From the human T2T-CHM13v2.0 reference genome, Homo sapiens, in the NCBI RefSeq assembly GCF_009914755.1, contig NC_060939.1: a DNA stretch of 64,000 nucleotides; one strand, 5' to 3'. Below, piece by piece: positions 25,317 to 47,430 of the stretch; the stretch's first letter is position 1, and each line of letters starts with the position of its first letter. A model generated the notes under the pieces. The model saw only the letters and a program-made list of their open reading frames with translations. It was not told the DNA's origin and did no database searches. The position numbers and the translations under genes were made by a program.

Positions 25317-27419
25317 TAGTTTGGCTTACCAACTTTAAAGTTTTGGATTGCTTTTGTCAAACCACTGGGTTGCAAGTTCAGATGGTCTCTCTTGTTTTTC
25401 TTAGCTAATTGTAAGTAAAATTCACTTTGGTAATTTATTGTGTCACATAGAATTGAAGTTTTTCTTTTGCTAATATTATTCCTATTTTCAAATTTTGGGG
25501 TTCCTGTTAGCCTGATTTTCGGATAGCTGCCACAGGAGTTGTCCTTGATCTGGATAAATCCATAAAAATTGTGAAGAAATTAAAGCTAACTGGTTTTCCA
25601 CTTCATTTATTAAGGTCTGTATATCTATATATTCTCATATTTATAAATCTCCATATTGTTTGAGAAAAGGAATGAAATACCTCTAAAATATGGGCCTCAT
25701 TTTTAGAAAAGTGTTTGAAATCTTTTATAAACTTCATATTTTGTTTGCTCCTTTATATTCTGTATTACTTAAATATGCTCAAAAAAGCAGTGGTAAACAG
25801 CTATTTAGGAATTGAGGCTGTTACTCCTGACTTCCATGTGAGACTGCCACAGAACTCATATTGAAAATATGTCATTTTATCCACTAGGTTTTGTTTCCTA
25901 CTTTTTAAATTTGTGTTAAGAAAGGGAAAAAAATCACAAGTTTGTCTAACTCGGTAGAAAAATCGACAAAGCATTTGCAGACAACTTGGCAAGGGTACAG
26001 AGAAACGGACGTACTGTTTTTCAGTATTTGGGGAGGGTGGTTTGAGCAGCATTTATTGACAATTTCATTAGTGGGGATGTTTCTATTGAAAACACAGAGT
26101 TAGGAAGTCATAAAATGTTCTTGCAATATAAGGTAATAATACCACCAGCATTTATCTTACTGTTTTCATGTTCTAAGTGCATGCATCTGGTAAAAGGATC
26201 TGGGCTGCAGTCCAGTCTGAGAGATGCCAGCAAAGGCTTCCTAGGCCAATTCAGTCCAGTAAATCCCTCTTCGATCTTCTCTTCCACACAGACAGCAGTG
26301 ATGAGCATGCCCATGAACTCACATGATTATTTTGGGGAAAATGAAAGAGTTGTATTCTTTTTGAGGTAGTAATTCCACTTTCAGGGGCAAATACATTTTG
26401 ATTATTTTATCACCCTTCAGTGAGTTGTTTTTGTTCTTTAATCAAGGATGTATGTTTGAAGTAAGAAGTAAAGCATAAAGTATATGATTTTGTGTGTGTG
26501 TGTTTTTTTATCTTGCTACACCTGTAGGGAATGTTTAATTCTGCCTTGGACGTGGCCAAATTTGAAGGTGCTGTGATTTGAACTGTCATTGGGATAAGGG
26601 GGCAGATCAAGAAAGCACTCTGAGCTCCAGAAGGAGCTTTCTGGGCCAGCTTTGAGGATAAGCTGCTGATGAGCGGTGAATGTCTTAAGTAGTATTCAGG
26701 GCAGGGTGTTACCATTCATGCTTGACTTCTAGCCAGTGTGACGAGAGGCTGGAGTCAGGTCTCCAGAGAGTTGAGCAGCTCCAGCCTTAGATCTCCCAGT
26801 CTTATGCGGTGTGCCCATTCGCTTGTGTCTTCAGCCCCCTGGCCACACCCAGTAACAGTTCTGTGATCTATGAGAATAGTTCCCTTAGGTCCTTTCCCTT
26901 CAAATACTTTGCAGCCAGGTAGAGAAGTTTGGAGTGAAGGTTTTGTTCTTTGTTTCTTCGCAATATGGATATGAATCTTCTTTTGAAAATGTTAAAGTAA
27001 ATTACCTCTTTTCAGATATTGTCTTCATGCGAACTTGGTATCCTGTTTCCATCCCAGCCTTCTATAACCCAGTAGCATCTTTGTTGAAACCAGTGGGTGA
27101 GAAAGACACCTGGTCAGGAATGCGGACCACGGGCCAACTCAGGCTCACCCATGGTGTCAGACTAAAGGCAAACAAGGACTCTCTGTATAAGGTACTGGTC
27201 GTGTGTGTGTTAGTAGAGATGAAGCCTGTGCTCTACAGACAGGGAGTCACACAGACACTTTTCTATAATTTCTTACGTACTTTGAATGTTCAAGTATAAA
27301 GTCTAACGTTAAATTTGATTGAACAATTGTATATTTTTGGGATATTTTGGAATGGAACACCAAAAAATGGTAATAGTGGTTCTTTCTGGATTGAAGACAA
27401 ACTTTTCCTTTTTAAAATA

Positions 27420-29770
<2,351 letters not shown>

Positions 29771-30352
29771 GTTTAAGAAGTAAACTCCCAGGGGATGGGA
29801 GTGACTCTGGACATGGGAGTGACATGATAGTGACTCTGGAACCTGCCGTGGTGGGACACAGCAGCATCTCAGTCTCTGTGAGGCCAGATGCAGCATCAGC
29901 AAGGACCCCAGAATGGTGGAGCCCTACTGTGGCTTGGGCCCTTAGGGGCAGGGACCAGTGCAGCAACTACTTCTCTCCCTGGGGAGGCAGGTGCCTGGGC
30001 AACTCAGATTCTCCAGAGCTAGTCCAGTTCCAAGGAAGCAGGGTTCTACAGTTGTTTGTCCTGAAGGGCAAGGTACCCCAGTTCAGCCAATGCCATTTTC
30101 CTAGGATATGGGGGTGCCATGTTGGCTCATCCCTGGCAGGTGTGGCTGCTCAGCTCAGCCAAGACACTGATTCCCTGTGAAGCAGGGCAGCGCTTCAGCT
30201 CTCGTGCAGTGGGGGGTGTGACTGCTCAGACTGGCCAAGGCACTGATTCCCTGGAAAGCAGGGCACCAAGTCAGCTCAGGCTCCAAGGGGCAGGGCACAA
30301 TGGCAGCTGGGAGGGGAGGGGCACAGCAGCGTGGCCCCACAGGTGGGGTGTA

Positions 30353-30784
30353 TGCTGTGATGTGGACATCATTTGTTCCCACCAGCCATTTGAAATTTCA
30401 TCCATTTGAAATTTGATTCCAAATGTGGTGGTGTGGGAGGTGGGGCCTAGTGGGAGGTATTTGGGTCACAGGGCAGATCCTTTATGAATAGATTAATGCC
30501 TTTTCATGGGACTGGATTAGTTACCAGGAGTGGATTGTTATCAGAGTGAGTTCAGCTTCCTAGACTCTCGTGTTTCCTCTCTTGCCATGTGAGCCCCTTG
30601 CGTACACCTGTTTCGCCTTCCACTTTCCCCATGAGGTGAAGCAGCCCAAGACCCTCGCCACTTGCGCTGCCCGATCTCGGACTTTTCAGACACAAGCAGG
30701 GTGAGCCAAATAAACCTTTTTTATAAAATAAGTTACCCCGAGTCTCAAGTATTCTGTTACAGCCACACTAAATGGCCTAAGACA
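30353..30784 (+). mobile_element. MST-family (MaLR) solo LTR
   Basis: tgctgtg...ggaggtggggcctagtgggaggtatttgggtca...aataaacc...aaatggcctaagaca. Confidence 0.8.
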
Positions 30785-31394
30785 ATGTAACAGCGGCTCG
30801 GGGGTGGTGGGCCACTAGGTGGGTGTCATATACAGCAACAGAGCCTGAGGTTGGAAGAAGGGTGCGGTGGCTGCTCCCCCTGGGTGGGACATGCTCCCGA
30901 AGTGGTCCAGGTCCAGGAGGGCACGTTGCAGCAGCAGCTGGTCCATGGGGGTGGGGCACAATGTCAGTTCCTTCTCTGAGGGGAGTGCTGGGGCTACTGG
31001 GCCCCTCTTGCTTCCTTTTCCCTGCAGGGAGATATCCCCTCTGCTTCAGGCTGATCCCTCTGGGGGAGTGGGTGGTGGGGGCCAGATGTTTCCTTCCCTC
31101 CTTTATGTGACTGTCTTGGTTTTCTGTGCTCTACTGGATTTCTGCTACTCCTTGATGCACTCTGGGGCTCTCTTTTAGTGACTTTCATCAAAATATAGTT
31201 GTTTGCTGCTTTGGGTGTCTTTGTCAGGGGATGAGTGCAAGGGGCTATTGATCAGCCCCTTGCTGGCATCACTCCCTCTTAAACTTTTCACTGGGTACTC
31301 TTTTGAACTATTTTTTCCCCCACCGTATACATGTATTTTTTAAACGTTAATGTGCTAATTTCTACTGAAGCAATGTGGATTTTTCTGAAAGTTT

Positions 31395-32020
31395 TAATGT
31401 TTTAATAAGCTTTTTATTGAAATGTTAATGTACATACAGAAGAGTGCCCGAATCATAAGTGTGCATCTAGATGGACTGTAGCACACCAGGCTGCCACGCC
31501 CTGGACCAAGCAGTAGCCTTGACCTGTGGCCTCTCCCAGGCACTGCTGCCCCAACCCACAAAATAGCTACTTTCCCAGTTCCTGATGTAGATTTGTTCTG
31601 CCTGGTTTTGATTTCTATAAAATACAGCACATTCTATTTAGCCTGGCTTATTTGGTTCAGTATTACAGAACACATCCATGTTCTTGTCTGTGGTAGACAT
31701 TGATTTATCGTCATTGTTGAGTTCCATTATATGACTGTGTCACCATTTTTCCATTGATGAGTAAAATGATTTCCTATTTTTGGCTGTTATCCCACGGCCC
31801 TGAACACTAGGTCTGGATATGGGACTTGCAGGTATGCAGGGGCAAACGTGCTTCTGCTGGAGGATCCCTGGGTGGGGTGGAGACTCCAGGGCACCTGTGC
31901 TCTGCTTCAGTGTGGAGGCTTCTGTGTCGTGTTCTGGGAGCACAGTGGCTTGGCCTCCACCACCAGCAGCAGCTTAAAGAGTTCCTGCTGTTCCACATGC
32001 TTGCCAACAATTGGCCTCTT
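31395..32020 (-). mobile_element. Ancient L1ME 3' fragment
   Basis: tttttattgaaatg..tacatacagaagagtgc..atcataagtgt, an old L1 3'-end pattern. Confidence 0.55.
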
Positions 32021-32529
32021 CAGTTTTTGTTTTTGTTTTTTTTTAGGTTTTCAGTGCCTGCCTGGACTTCTGTTTTCATTTAGATTTTGGTTTCTTAGAA
32101 CTTTTGTTATTCTCTTCACAGCTTAACAATGCATTTGAATAGATTTGTTTTCATGTGGAGTATTCAATTTTGTAATAAGAGGGTTGTTCAAGGCATCAGT
32201 CTGCCACTCTGCTGGAAATAGAAGTCTCCCAGGCATTTCTTTTTAAAGTAGTTAGTGAAATTTTGAACCATCTTACATGAATTTTTATTAAAATACACTT
32301 CAGGATGTGGTGCCCATTATCCATTCTACTCTTTTGTAACAAGTAGATTTCTCTGCATTCTTGAATTTGAAAACAACTGGGGTTCCTAAACAGAGAATAT
32401 GGAATATTATTGGGGATGATGTCTTTAATAATACATTTCAAGATAGGAGAAACCTTTTCTATATAGTTGACTTTAATAAAAGCCTAGGGCAAAACTTTCA
32501 ATATATTAACAGTATTTATGAGGCAGTTA

Positions 32530-33259
<730 letters not shown>

Positions 33260-34589
33260 CTAGATTATTTTTGTTAGTCTGGGAAATAAGCACCTTAGTG
33301 GCCCAAAGACAAGGCCTGAAATTTCCATGAAAAGAAACTGGGATCTATTCATCTGTTCTGTTGAGACCTCATAGTTCCATACCACAGAAATAGGCACAGT
33401 GGGTTTCGGGGGGAGAGTTGTAAGTATAAGCTCTCTGTTCCTCTATATTGGCCATCTATAGACCTTCTTTGGAGAAATGTCTATTCAAGTCCTTTGAATC
33501 AGATTTTTTGTTGTTGTTGAATTGTAGAAGTCCTTTTTATATTCTGGATATTAAACCCTTATCAGGTAAACCATTCACACATATTTTCTCTCGTTCTTCG
33601 GGGTGTCTTTTCACTCTGATAGTGTCCTTTGATGCGCAAAGGTATTTTAATTTTGGTGAAGTCCAATTTATTTTTTCCTTTGTTGCCTGTGCTTTTAGTG
33701 TCATAGCCAAGAAATTACCAAATTATTGTTTAGTTTTTTAAAAGTATTTATGTGGTTATTTGGCCGATACCTGTCTCTAATGATTGACGGCACTTCTTGA
33801 GCGCGGCTTTTAAACATGCAAATTTGATGTCACTTTCCGAGGCTCCTTCCATGGCATCCCTTTGCTTCTAGGCCGCAGCCCTTGTCTGGCCTCGCTGCTG
33901 CTCTGGCCCCTGCCCTCCTCTAGGGCCTCTCTTCTGCTGCCTCCAGCTCTGGCCACAGTGGCCTTTCATTCCTCAGTGCACTTGCCTGGGGTCCTCAACA
34001 CTTGCAGTTCCCTCTGCCGGGAATGCGGCAGCTCCTACGTCCCCCTCCCGGCCTCCACCTCCTCGCTGCTCCTTCGGACGCTGGTCCTGAGACCACTGGT
34101 CGGTGCGGCCTTCCCTGGACCCTCTCCAAACTCCCCAGTACTCCTCCACACTTTTCTCCAAAAAACCAGTGGCACTCAATTGTGCCGTCCAGGGACCCCT
34201 GGGATTTTCACGACCCTGTCAGTGGCTGAGTGAGGTTGAGTCAAGAATGTTTCGTGACAATAAGGAGATGTTATTGATCTCTTTTCACTGGAAGTGGGAG
34301 CGTCTTGCGGGGGGACAGCGGGCTGAGGATGCAGCTGTGTTAGGACGTGACAGCTCGCACAACTGAAGCACCGCCACTTTCCCACGGTTTTTTTTTTTTT
34401 TTTTGCTTTGGAAAACATTTCTCACAAAATATGCAACTTATGTTACCATGTAATGGGCTTGCTTCTGTTATTTTAAAACAAACTAATAAATCTCTTAAAT
34501 GTTTCTCGGCTTTATTTTTTGTTGTTATGGTTCGTTTTCTTCTGTTTCCCCCAGCTTTATGAAAGTTTAATTGACAAACTTGCCTATCT

Positions 34590-35189
34590 TTACTGCTAAC
34601 AGCGTGCTGCTTTGCTGTATGTGTGCCCTGTGGAATGCTTCGTGGTGCTGCTGCACACCTCCATCACCTACTGCGGTGAGGGCCCCTGGGATCTGCGCTC
34701 CCGGCGCTGTGCCCTCGCCCCACCGCTGTGCCTGAGCGCCCCCCCATCCCGCCCGGGGACCCGCGCCCGCTCCTGGAACCGCACCCATGGCCAGCACCCT
34801 GTCCCCAACCCCGCTTTAGTTTCCACCCACGCGAAGAAACTCAGCCTCGGTCCTGTTTAGGCACGGAAAGGGCTGGAGAACCGCGTCCTTCCGAGGCGCC
34901 CCCAGCGCGGCTCCCCACAGCGTGCAGGACCCCGGACTGTCGCGCCGCGCCTGGGGACGCACAGGAGGTGGGATCCAGGAGCGAAGCCCCTGCAGCGTCC
35001 CAGACTGGACGTGGCCCTGCACCCCCAGCTGCTGGGCTGGCCGGGACATGCATGAGATCGCGCGCTTTACAAACTGTTGTTCTTTCTGGGAAAGTTAAAG
35101 AACGCGCTGCAGCCGCTTCGCCTGCTGCTGAAAGGAGCCAGGCAGGGCTGGTCACTCCGCGCCACGCCCCGTGCGCCAACACCGGAAGG

Positions 35190-35200
<11 letters not shown>
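34590..35200. promoter_or_regulatory. CpG island, candidate promoter
   Basis: Dense CpG, GC boxes (cccgccc, ccacgcccc) and an ETS motif ccggaag at ~35182. Confidence 0.7.
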
Positions 35201-36160
<960 letters not shown>

Positions 36161-37420
36161 CATGGTGTAGGAAGTTGGAGAAGGCTTCCTTAGGGAAGCA
36201 AGTGATGGTTGAGCCATGACCAGAAGTTGGTTAACTTGGCAAAGGCTGGGAGTTGGGGAAGCAGAAGAGTGTGTCAAGCACAGGAATGTTATGTGGAAAG
36301 GCCTGTGACACAGGGCATCATGACGCCTGCAAGCCAGCGTAGCTGGAGCCAGGACAGCGGCAGAGTCCTAGGAGCTGGGGAGGAAAATAGAGAGGCAGGG
36401 GATGAGGCCGCCTTAAGATGCTATCTTCATCCCAAGACACCAGGAAGCCCTGAGAGAACATTTAACCGGGACAGCATGGTCAGATTTTCATTTTTCAAAA
36501 AGCCCCTTTGCTACTGGGTGGAGATAGTTTGCAGGGAGTTCAGGGGGAGGAGGCACAGAGAGGGAGAAGTGGTGGGTGCTAGAGCTCTGAGAGGTAACAT
36601 TGGAGGGGTAGTGGGTCTGGGGGTTGTGAGGAACAAGGGGTTTTCGGGGAGTACCCCAGGGCCCCCAGGTGTCTGGCTGGGATGCCAGGTGGAGTGATGG
36701 GCACCTGTGGGACAGCCAGGTAGAGACATCTGAGGCGGAAGCTGGGGAACTGTCTGGAACTCCGGTTGATGTGCTACCTGGGCTTAAGATGTACTCCCAA
36801 GCGTTACCAACACCTACACTTGGGAGTGGGTACATTATCCAGGGAGGAGCCAAGATTGAACACAGGTGGGTTTTTGTTCAGCATTTTAAAAATTTTTAAT
36901 TTTTTTTTGTAGAGACAAGGTCTCACTATGTTGCCCAGGCTGGCCTCAAGAGTTCCTCCTGCCTTGGCCTCCCAAAGGGCTGGGATTACAGGCGTGAGCC
37001 ACCGGTCCCAGTCTGTTCAGCACTTTTTCCACTAGCTTAGTATCTCCACACACCTCAAAGAGATCACCAAGTCCAACTCATACATGCAAACCAGTGCTCA
37101 GGAAGTCCACATGATCCTGCTGTGGTTCATTTGACCAAAACCGAGTGGTGGAGCTAAGCAAGGCTGTTTCACAGAAGCCAGATATATAAGTGGCCTCAAT
37201 ACGGAGGGCAGTCTCCATCTCCCAGTGTCTCTGACTGCTGCACGCACACTTGGCAACCTGTGCTCAGGTCAGGGATAGTCTGGGTGGGGGCTCCAGTTTC
37301 TGCCACTCACCAGTGATGTGACTCTGGGCAATGTACAAAATCTCTTGGGTTTTAAGTTTCTTATCTGTAAGATGGGGATAATAAACCAATCTTGCAGCAT
37401 GTGAGGATTTAATGAGACTA

Positions 37421-41344
<3,924 letters not shown>

Positions 41345-42329
41345 TACCTGTGGTGACTGATACGAAACAGATGACCAAAAAATGATAGTTTTATTTCCCC
41401 ATCTGGTCCCATTTAAAAGAGGTGTTTAGGTCTGAGAATTTTCACACGTACAAGGTTCCACAGTCAGGATGCCGAGGAATGGCACCCCTCTTGGTGGAGT
41501 CCAGCCCTCCCCACCCAACCCTGCTGACTGCTGATTTGCCTTCTATCCCTGTCACGCCATTGTCTCAGGAAGGTCATGTGAGTGGAGATATGCAGCATGG
41601 GCTCTTTGTAACTGGCTGCTTTCGCTAAGCATCATGTTTTTGAGATCCACCCCAATGCTCTGTGTGTCAGTGACATGTTCCTTTCAATTGTGGAATGGTG
41701 TTAGCCTACACAGGGAGACACAGGTGGTTACCTCTTCAGCCATGGGAGGACGTGTGGTTGTGTCCAGATTTAGGCGATTATGCATAGAGTTGCCATAAAC
41801 ATTTCTGCAGAGGTTTTCATGTGAACACAAATTTTCCTTACTCCAGGAAAATTCGTTATGGGACTGCTGGGCCATGTGGTTTAACAGAACTGTCAAACTG
41901 CTTTCCAGTGGCACCTCACTATGGTTTTGATTTGCATTTCCCTAGTGATTAGTGTCGATGGTCTCTCATAGGCTTTCTGTCTTCCACATAGAGCGTCCTC
42001 TTCAGTGAGGGTCCAAGTCTTTTACCCACTTTTGTTTGGATGGTTTTCTAACTTGATTTTAAGAGTTCTTTATATATGTCAGACTACTTTCTTCGTTGGA
42101 TATGTGGTTTGTAGATATTCTCTCCCAGCCTATAGCTGTCTTTTCAGTGTCTTTTAATAGTGTCTTTTGCAAAGCTATATTTTTTATTTTGATCAAGTCT
42201 AATTGACGGATTTTTGCTTTTACATGCATTTGGCATCATGTCTAAGAACAATTTCCCTAACCTCAATTAATGAAGATTTCTTCCTATGTTTTCTTCCAAA
42301 ACTTTAAACACTCTCTCTCTCTATCTCTC

Positions 42330-42882
42330 TCAGCAAATAAGGAGGAAAGTTTCATGACAATTGCAGTCCTGGTTTCTGTAGCTGGTCACATGGTCCTATA
42401 ACTACCTTCTTGCACTCCCCAGTCTGTATTCCCTTTGCCTTCAGGAAGCCTCCACTGGTTGTGGTTTTTAACCTGGTGGGGGAACCTTCATTCCTGAAGG
42501 TTCTGGACCATTATTAATCCTGCCTAGATTGGGCTGTTGTGCTTTTCCATTGATCTTAATCACAGCGCATGCCACGAGGGCCCTCCTGTACCCCAGACAT
42601 GCTCTTCCTCAGTCCATTGTGAAGCAGCAGGGCAGTTTCTCCTTGGTGATCTGGACCAGCCACCCCCACCAGCGTAGTTAACTCCTTCTTTACCTGTTGA
42701 TCCAGAGGCATGAGGAGCTTGGTGCCACCAGATGGCAGCCTAAACTTCCAGCGCAATGGATCATCCCTCTGTCTTTTGGCGGCAGCATTCCTCCCTCTGG
42801 AACTAAGACCTCTAGGCCAGCAGAGCATAAGGTGGTGGGGACAAGGAGCAAAACTTTTGCTAGTGGGTCACTAGGGGTGATG
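42330..42882 (-). mobile_element. ERVL internal fragment (integrase end / dUTPase)
   Basis: PLRWKFRLPSGGTKLLMPLDQQVKKELTTLVGVAGPDHQGETALLLHNG resembles the HERV-L dUTPase (recalled as PLNWKLRLPPGHFGLL.PL.QQAKKGVTVLAGVIDPDYQ.EI.LLLHNG). Confidence 0.8.
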
Positions 42883-45800
42883 GGGTTTCACCCTGTTGGC
42901 CAGGCTGGTCTCAAACTCCTGATCTCAAATGATCCACTCGCCTCGGCCTCCCAAAATTCTGGGATTACGAGCGTGAGCTACTGCACCCAGCCTAGTGCTA
43001 ATCACTTTTTAAAAAGCCATTCTAATATGTAGTGATGTCTCATTGTGGTTTTAATTTCAACTTTCCTAATGGCTAATGTTGCTGACCATCCTTTCATGTA
43101 CAAAGAATATTTGCTTTGGTCAAATATCTGTTCATGTCATTTGCGCATTTTTAATTTGATTACTTATTTATTTTATGTTGAGTTCTGAGAGTTCTTTATT
43201 CTTGACACAAGTTCTTTGTCAGATATGTGATTTGCAAATATTTTCTCTCATTCTGTAACTTATCTTTCCATCATCCCAATTGCGTCTTTTGCAGAGCAAA
43301 AAAAAATTTAATTTTGATGAGGTCCAATTTATCAATTTTTTCTTTTATAAATTGTATTTTGATGTCAAGTCTAAGGGCTCTGCCTAGTCCCTGATCCTGA
43401 AGATTTTCTTCTTTTTTTTTTCCTGAAAATATTACAGTTTGACATTTAAGCCCATGATCCTTGTGTTATGTTTTGTATAAAATGTGAAGGTCAGGCCAAG
43501 CCTCATCTCCTTGCCTATGGATGTCTGATTGTTCCTGCAGCACTTGTTGAAAGGGCTATCAGTCCTCTACTAAACTGCTGTTGCATCTTTCTCAAAAATT
43601 AATTAAGCATATTTCTGGGGTGGGATCTCTATCTTGCACCAGTAATTAATGTGTCTCTCCCTCCACCAGCACCATACTGAGTTGATTACTGTAGTTGTAG
43701 AGTAAGCTTTAATAATTGGTACAGTGATTTCTTCTATTTAATTATTCTTTTTCAGAATTGTTTCAGCTAAACTAGGTCCACTTCCTTTTAATATAAAGTT
43801 TACAATAAGTTTGCATATGTATACAAAAAACAATGCCAAGATTTAGAATTCTATTAAACCTGCAATTTGAAGGAAGCTGACATCTATGTTGAGAATTCCC
43901 ATCCCTGAATATGGCATGACTCTCCATTTATGTAGATGTTTGATTTCTTTCAGCAGAATTTTGTAATTTGCATATATTCTCCTGTATATGTTTTATTAGA
44001 TTTATTCCTACATATTAATACTTCATGTATTTTGAGCAGTTGTAAATGGTATTGCAGTTTTTATTTTGGTTTCCACTTGTTTATTGTTACCATAGAGAGA
44101 TGTAATTTGTGTATCTGTGTTATTCTTGTGTATTGCAGCCTTGATATTCTCACTCTTTATATCAAGGATTTTTCTTTTGTTCCATGGGACTGTTTATGTA
44201 GATGATTATGCCACATGCAAGCAGTGATAGTTTTCTTTCTTTCTTTTCAATCTGCATACTTTTTATTTCTTTTTCTGGTCTTATTACACTGGTTAGAACT
44301 TCTAGTACTATCTTGAATTAAAATGGTGAAAGGGAACATTCTTGCCTTGTTCCTGCTCTTAAGGGGAAAGCATTCATTCTTTCACCATTAAGTGTGATGT
44401 TAACTGTAGATTTTTGTAAATGCTCTTTATGAAGTTGGAGGAAATTACCCTCTATTCCAAGTTTGCTAAGAGTTTATATCATGAATAGGTTTTGAATTTT
44501 GTCAAAACCTTTTCCTATGTCAATTGATAAGATCATTATGATTTTTCTTCAGTTTACAAAACAGAATATGTGGATTGGCTTTTCAAATATTAAAACAGTC
44601 TTGCATAACTTGAGTGAAATTCCTCTTGATTGTGGTCTACTACTCTTTTTATGCATCACTAAATTTGATTTGCTGACACTGTCTTGAGGATTTTTCCATC
44701 TAAGCTTATGAGCAAAATCAGCCTGCAAGGTTCTTTCCTCTGTCCCTGCCTCCTTCCTCCCTCCCTTCCTTCCTTCCTTTGTGCTGTCTTTGTTTTGTTT
44801 TGATATCAAAATAATGATATCATAGTCCTTTCTCTTCTATTTTCTGGAAGAGACTGTGTAAAACTGGTGTTGATTCTTCTTTAAATATTTGGTAAATTCT
44901 CCAGTGAAACCACTGGGTCTGGATATATTGTGTTCAGGAGCTTTTTAGTTACAAATCCAATTTATATAATGATTATAGGACTATTCAGGCTTTTATATAT
45001 TTCATCTTTTCTGAGTTGTGGTAATTTGTGGTTTTCAAGGAATTGATCCATTTTTTCCTAGGCTGTCAAATGTATGAGCATAAAATTTTTATAGCATTTT
45101 TCATAGATGCAGCCTCTTTTGTGATATTTCTTGTTTCATTCCTGATATTGCTGATTTGTGTGTTATCTCCTTTTATCTTTGTTGATCATGCTAGAGGATT
45201 ATCAGTTTTATTAATTTTTTGAAGAACCTGTTTTTTATTTCCTTAATGTTCTGCATTGCTTTCCTGTTTTTAATTTCATCAATTTCTGCTCTTCGCTTTC
45301 CGTCCTATTTGCCTTAACTTTATTTTACTATTCCTCTTTTAGTTTTTTGACTACTGGTTTGAGAACTTTCCATATTACTAATATAAGGATTTAGTGCTAT
45401 AAATTTCTCTCTCAGCTCTGCTATAGCTGAATCCCTCAATTGTTTTTTAAGACAGGGTCTCATTCTGTCACCGAAGCTGGAGTGCAGTAGCACAATCTCC
45501 ACTCGTTGCAGCCTCAACCTTCTGGGCTCAAGCAATCCTCCCTATCTCAGCCTCCCAAGTAACTGGGACTACAGGTGCATGCCACCACACCTGGATAATT
45601 TTTTGCAGAGATAGGGATTTCACCATGTTGCCCAGGCTAGTCTTGAACTCCTGGGCTCAAAAAGCGATCCACCTGCCACAGCCTCCCAAAGTGCTGGGAT
45701 TACAGGAGTAAGCCATTGCACCCAGCCTCATCCACAAATTTTGATATGCCATATTTTCATTGTTACTTGCTTTTTAAAAATTCCCTTTGAGACTTCTTCT

Positions 45801-46310
45801 TGTCCACATTGTATATAAATGTTTACTGCTTAATTTCCAAGTGTTTGCAGATTTTTCTCTTGTCTTTCTGCAATTTATTTCCAGTTTGATTCCATTTTGG
45901 TCAGAGGACACTCTTTGTATGATTTCAGTTTTTAAAAATTTGTTAAGGTTTGTTTTAAGATCTAGAGTCTGTTCTATAAGAGCTTGAAAATAATGCATAG
46001 TTTGCTGTTGATGGATAGAGTTTTCCATAAATGTTAATTTTACCCTATTGGCTAATAATATTGTTTAGTTATCCTATATTCTTGCTGATTTTTTTTCTAG
46101 TAATTTTACAAATTCTGAAAGTGAGATGTCGACATATCCCAACTATAATTATGGATTTTTCTATTTCTTTTTTAAGCTCTATCAGGTTTTGCTTCATGTG
46201 TTTTGAAGCTGTGTTGTTTGGTGCACATATATTTAGGATCAAGATATACTCTTGCTCTTTTGTTATTATGTAATATTTCTCTTTTGTTCTAGAAATTCTT
46301 TTTGCCATGA

Positions 46311-46695
<385 letters not shown>

Positions 46696-46809
46696 TTTTT
46701 TCTGTTCTTTCACTTCGAATCTGTTAAATACCTATGCCATGGTATTAGAACTGAATATCTTATGGACATCATATAATGGGTCATATTTTTGCATTTACTC
46801 TGCTATTTC

Positions 46810-47430
46810 TGTGTTTTTCCCAGATTTAACCAAACTGCAAAGTCTGAGGGCATGGTTCCTAAAATTTCCCTCATTCCTGACACCAACAGCAAGTTTTAGA
46901 GGTTTCCAAAGCACCCTAAGTTTCAATCATTTGCTGGAAGAACTCACAGAAGTCATTGAAAACTGCTGTACACATGGTTACTGTTTACTGCAGGGAAAGG
47001 ATACAAATCAGAACCAGCACAGAGGGCAGGGCTAGGAGGGTCTGTGAAGCCTCTGTTGTCCTCAGGTGCATTACTCTCCCAGCATCCACGTGTGACAATA
47101 CCATGAAGCACTGCCAACCTAGGAACCTCACCCAAGCCTTGGTGTCCGGAGTGTTTCCTGGAACTGCATTGTGCAGCCATAATTGACTGATCTGTTGGAG
47201 ACTGGTTGGAACTCTGTCTTCATCTCTCCCTTTCCCGGAATCTGGGGCTGACAGCACATTCCTGGGAGGGCCCACCATGAGCCAGCTGGTAGCATAAACT
47301 TCAGGTATAGTCTGAGGGACCCACCATGAATAGCAAAGACCCTCCTGTCACATGGTCTTCAGGACTACTTGCCAGGAGCCAGGACAAAGGCTAGACCTCT
47401 TCTTTGGGCTAGGCCAAATTCTTTACCACA
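46810..47430. mobile_element. MER21-like LTR
   Basis: ctgacaccaacagcaag...ttgctggaagaactcacagaa...gggaaaggatacaaatcagaaccagc. Confidence 0.7.

Noticed and set aside
26180-26870. Possible intronic H/ACA snoRNA hairpins (GCATCT..AGATGC; AGGCTGGAG..CTCCAGCCT at 26746-26787)
   Set aside because: No convincing H box or two-hairpin architecture. An Infernal/Rfam search would be needed.
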